From Wallemia ichthyophaga EXF-994 (Eukaryota; Fungi; Basidiomycota), in assembly GCF_000400465.1 (NCBI RefSeq), contig NW_008806290.1, positions 150,001 to 182,000 of the forward strand: a stretch of 32,000 bases of DNA. Reading direction: 5' to 3'. Below, piece by piece: positions 29,937 through 32,000 of the stretch (its first letter is position 1; each line of letters begins with the position of its first letter). The notes under the pieces are model-generated. The model was not told where the DNA came from. It saw only the letters and a list, made by a program, of their open reading frames with translations, and did no database searches. Position numbers and translations under genes: made by a program.

Positions 29937-31402
29937 ATGGGCAATACTACATCATCAAATAATAATCGTGAAAAGTCAGCTGAGCACGTTGATGGCGGTA
30001 CAGTGTACCCGCATCCTGATTCCGTCTACTTCAACACGCAGCAAGATTGGGATAAGGTTATCGTGCGTGACTTGATCTTGCAGCGTAAACTAGCCCCGTT
30101 CTACAAGGGATTGAACGACTACAACGACGATATGTCTGATATCGATATTCTTCAGCAAAAGTACAATGGTAGCCTACCGCCCAACTCTCCGCACGTTTCC
30201 CCTCAATCTCAGGTAAAAACGCCGAGGAGATCAGCTTCATCTTCATCCACGAATCTTAAGAAGCCGACAATTAATCCCGAGACTTTCATCTACAAGAATG
30301 CCCAGGAATGTCCCATTTGCTTCCTTTTCTACCCCTCAAACCAGAACCGTAGCAGATGCTGCGATCAGCCACTGTGTAGTGACTGCTTTGTCCAGATTAA
30401 GAGGTCTGAGCCTTCAACCACTCACCTCGAATCTGAGCCTGCCGCATGTCCTTACTGCGCGCAGGACAACTTCGGTATCACGTATTCCCCTCCACAGTGG
30501 CGTACCGGCAACGGTGCTAGTCCTTCTCTCGAGTCCAACCTCGATAATCTCGTTAATGAGAGCTCTGCGCAAACTCAAAGGCCTCGCAGAAAATCCATCA
30601 GCGCTGATAGCTCCGACGTGGTCACTAGTGACGCCATTCGCCCAGAATGGAAAGCTAAACTGGAGTCAGTGCGTGCGCAAGCCGCTCGTCGCGCTAACAG
30701 AAGAATCATCATGCGTCAAGTCGGCGATAGACTGGTGCCCATTGGGGTGACATCATCCAGACATCCCCTCGCAAACTCTCAACTTCCACCAGGTCTGTTC
30801 CTCTCCTCAGAAGGCGATGTCCAGTCGAGCCCCCACCAAGCTAATCCAGAACAAGGGACGCAGAGAGTGCGCAGTCGCTCCGGTAGGAGAGCGGTTGATA
30901 ACTTGGTCAACAGTCTCGGAAACGGTGCTGACTTGGAGGATGTGAGTGGGGGGAGTGTAATTGATATGAATCTACTAATAAATCTCACCAGGCAATGATC
31001 TTGGAGGCTATGAGACTTAGTTTGCTAGAAGAGGAGGAGAGAGGTAGGCGTCGTGAGGAGGAGGAGATTCACGAGAGACAGGCACTCGAAAGAAGTTCCT
31101 CACAAGTGGACATTACATCGGCAGATAATCAACATACCCACGAACCGATCCAGACACCAACAGCAGCACACACTGTGCATGAAGCACCACCAATTGCACC
31201 ACCAACTGACACCCTGCCTGAGAGAACAACATCGATCCACAACAACAACAACAATGGCGATCATTCCAGTCCTGAAGACAAGAATTCACAACAGAGCCGG
31301 CCTTGGAGTGATTCAGTTGATGGGGAGGGAGTGGTTTCGGAATTTGGGGTTGAAACAGCTGCAGATACAGCAGTACCGGCAGGCAGCCGCCCACAGGAAT
31401 AA
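29937..31402 (+). CDS. SIP5: Sip5-like RING-type zinc-binding protein (Snf1/Reg1-Glc7 interactor family), 1 intron
   Basis: MGNTTS N-myristoylation-type start, RKLAPFYKGL, ECPICFLFYPSNQNRSRCCDQPLCSDCFVQIKR, ACPYC. Intron 30942-30991 joins DLED to AMILEAMRLSLLEEE. Confidence 0.9.
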
Positions 31403-31540
31403 GTTTGGCCATCGATCGAGAAATTCATTCGTTACGCTTACGAAAGAGATGATGGATATAATGGTGAAGCTTGGTGTTACAAATTAGTGTTATTTACTTG
31501 TACAATGATTATATGATTGACTATCAACTAGAAAGGGCTA

Positions 31541-32000
31541 TCAACTAGGAGAATCTGATCCGGCAAGCTTCCACAGGTAGTTTGAGTGAAAAAATGCACT
31601 AGCGTTTTTATCCAAGACAACGCTGTTGAGGTCGTTGGCTTCATCGTTCCTAACGAGTACCTTGTTAACCTTGCCAGTATAGTCATCCGTGATGATCTCA
31701 AAGCCCAAATCGCGTAAAATCTTTAATCTGAGGCTGTATGACGCGTATTTGACGCGTGTTAGAGGGGGACCTAATTGGGAATTGAAAACGCGACTTACAC
31801 GACTTGATCCATTGAATGCTCTTCTGCGGGCCTAACAGTCTCTAACTCGGACCATTCGTCTTTGAGTTTGTTGAGTGTCGACTCGCACTTGGTGACTGAC
31901 TGTTCGAGCTCAGTGATAGAATTAGCGAGCTGAAACTTTTTGTTGTCCTGTTGAAACATATTCTCTTGGTGCTCCTCAGGCGTAGGTACCGTATTCGGTC
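31541..32000 (-). CDS. SPC24: Kinetochore Ndc80-complex subunit Spc24, 3' part (missed by the ORF track)
   Basis: Coiled-coil exon ...KFQLANSITELEQSVTKCESTLNKLKDEWSELE..., intron 31734-31798, then VLRLKILRDLGFEII...GKVNKVLVRNDEANDLNSVVLDKNASAFFHSNYLWKLAG. Stop at 31541-31543; start probably beyond the window. Confidence 0.85.
31741..31757. promoter_or_regulatory. Tandem MCB-like elements (ACGCGT x2) inside the SPC24 intron
   Basis: ACGCGT at 31741-31746 and 31752-31757, plus ACGCGA at 31788-31793. Function not demonstrated. Confidence 0.4.

Overview
Gene-dense fungal (basidiomycete-type) chromosome segment. Introns are very short (mostly 41-56 nt) and intergenic spacers are tiny, which is most consistent with a compact genome such as Wallemia (inference; no search was run). 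I reconstructed 18 protein-coding genes by hand-splicing: CAP-Gly protein (partial), JHD1, SPP2, Sel1-repeat chitin synthase regulator, SPS19, an uncharacterized Q/M/P-rich protein, a C2H2 transcription factor, Ap4A phosphorylase, MED11, PIN4/Cip2-like, YAT1-like, an ankyrin protein, Sfr1/Mei5-like, a CDKN3-like phosphatase, DOT1, a DOCK GEF, OPA3, SIP5; SPC24 (partial) is a 19th. The CAP-Gly, OPA3 and SPC24 genes and several first exons are absent from the supplied ORF track. I saw no transposon, CRISPR, rRNA or tRNA. The most notable feature is extreme gene packing. Four divergent pairs have start codons only 30, 36, 45 and 64 bp apart, while three others are 297-338 bp apart. Two tandem pairs (JHD1 to CAP-Gly, OPA3 to SIP5) are separated by a single stop codon plus an in-frame, stop-free linker of 24 or 33 nt. 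Candidate regulatory motifs lie inside neighbouring codons and introns. Two hairpin-rich non-coding stretches, a 1.7-kb gene-free gap, several unusual splice architectures and a sharp GC peak are also flagged.
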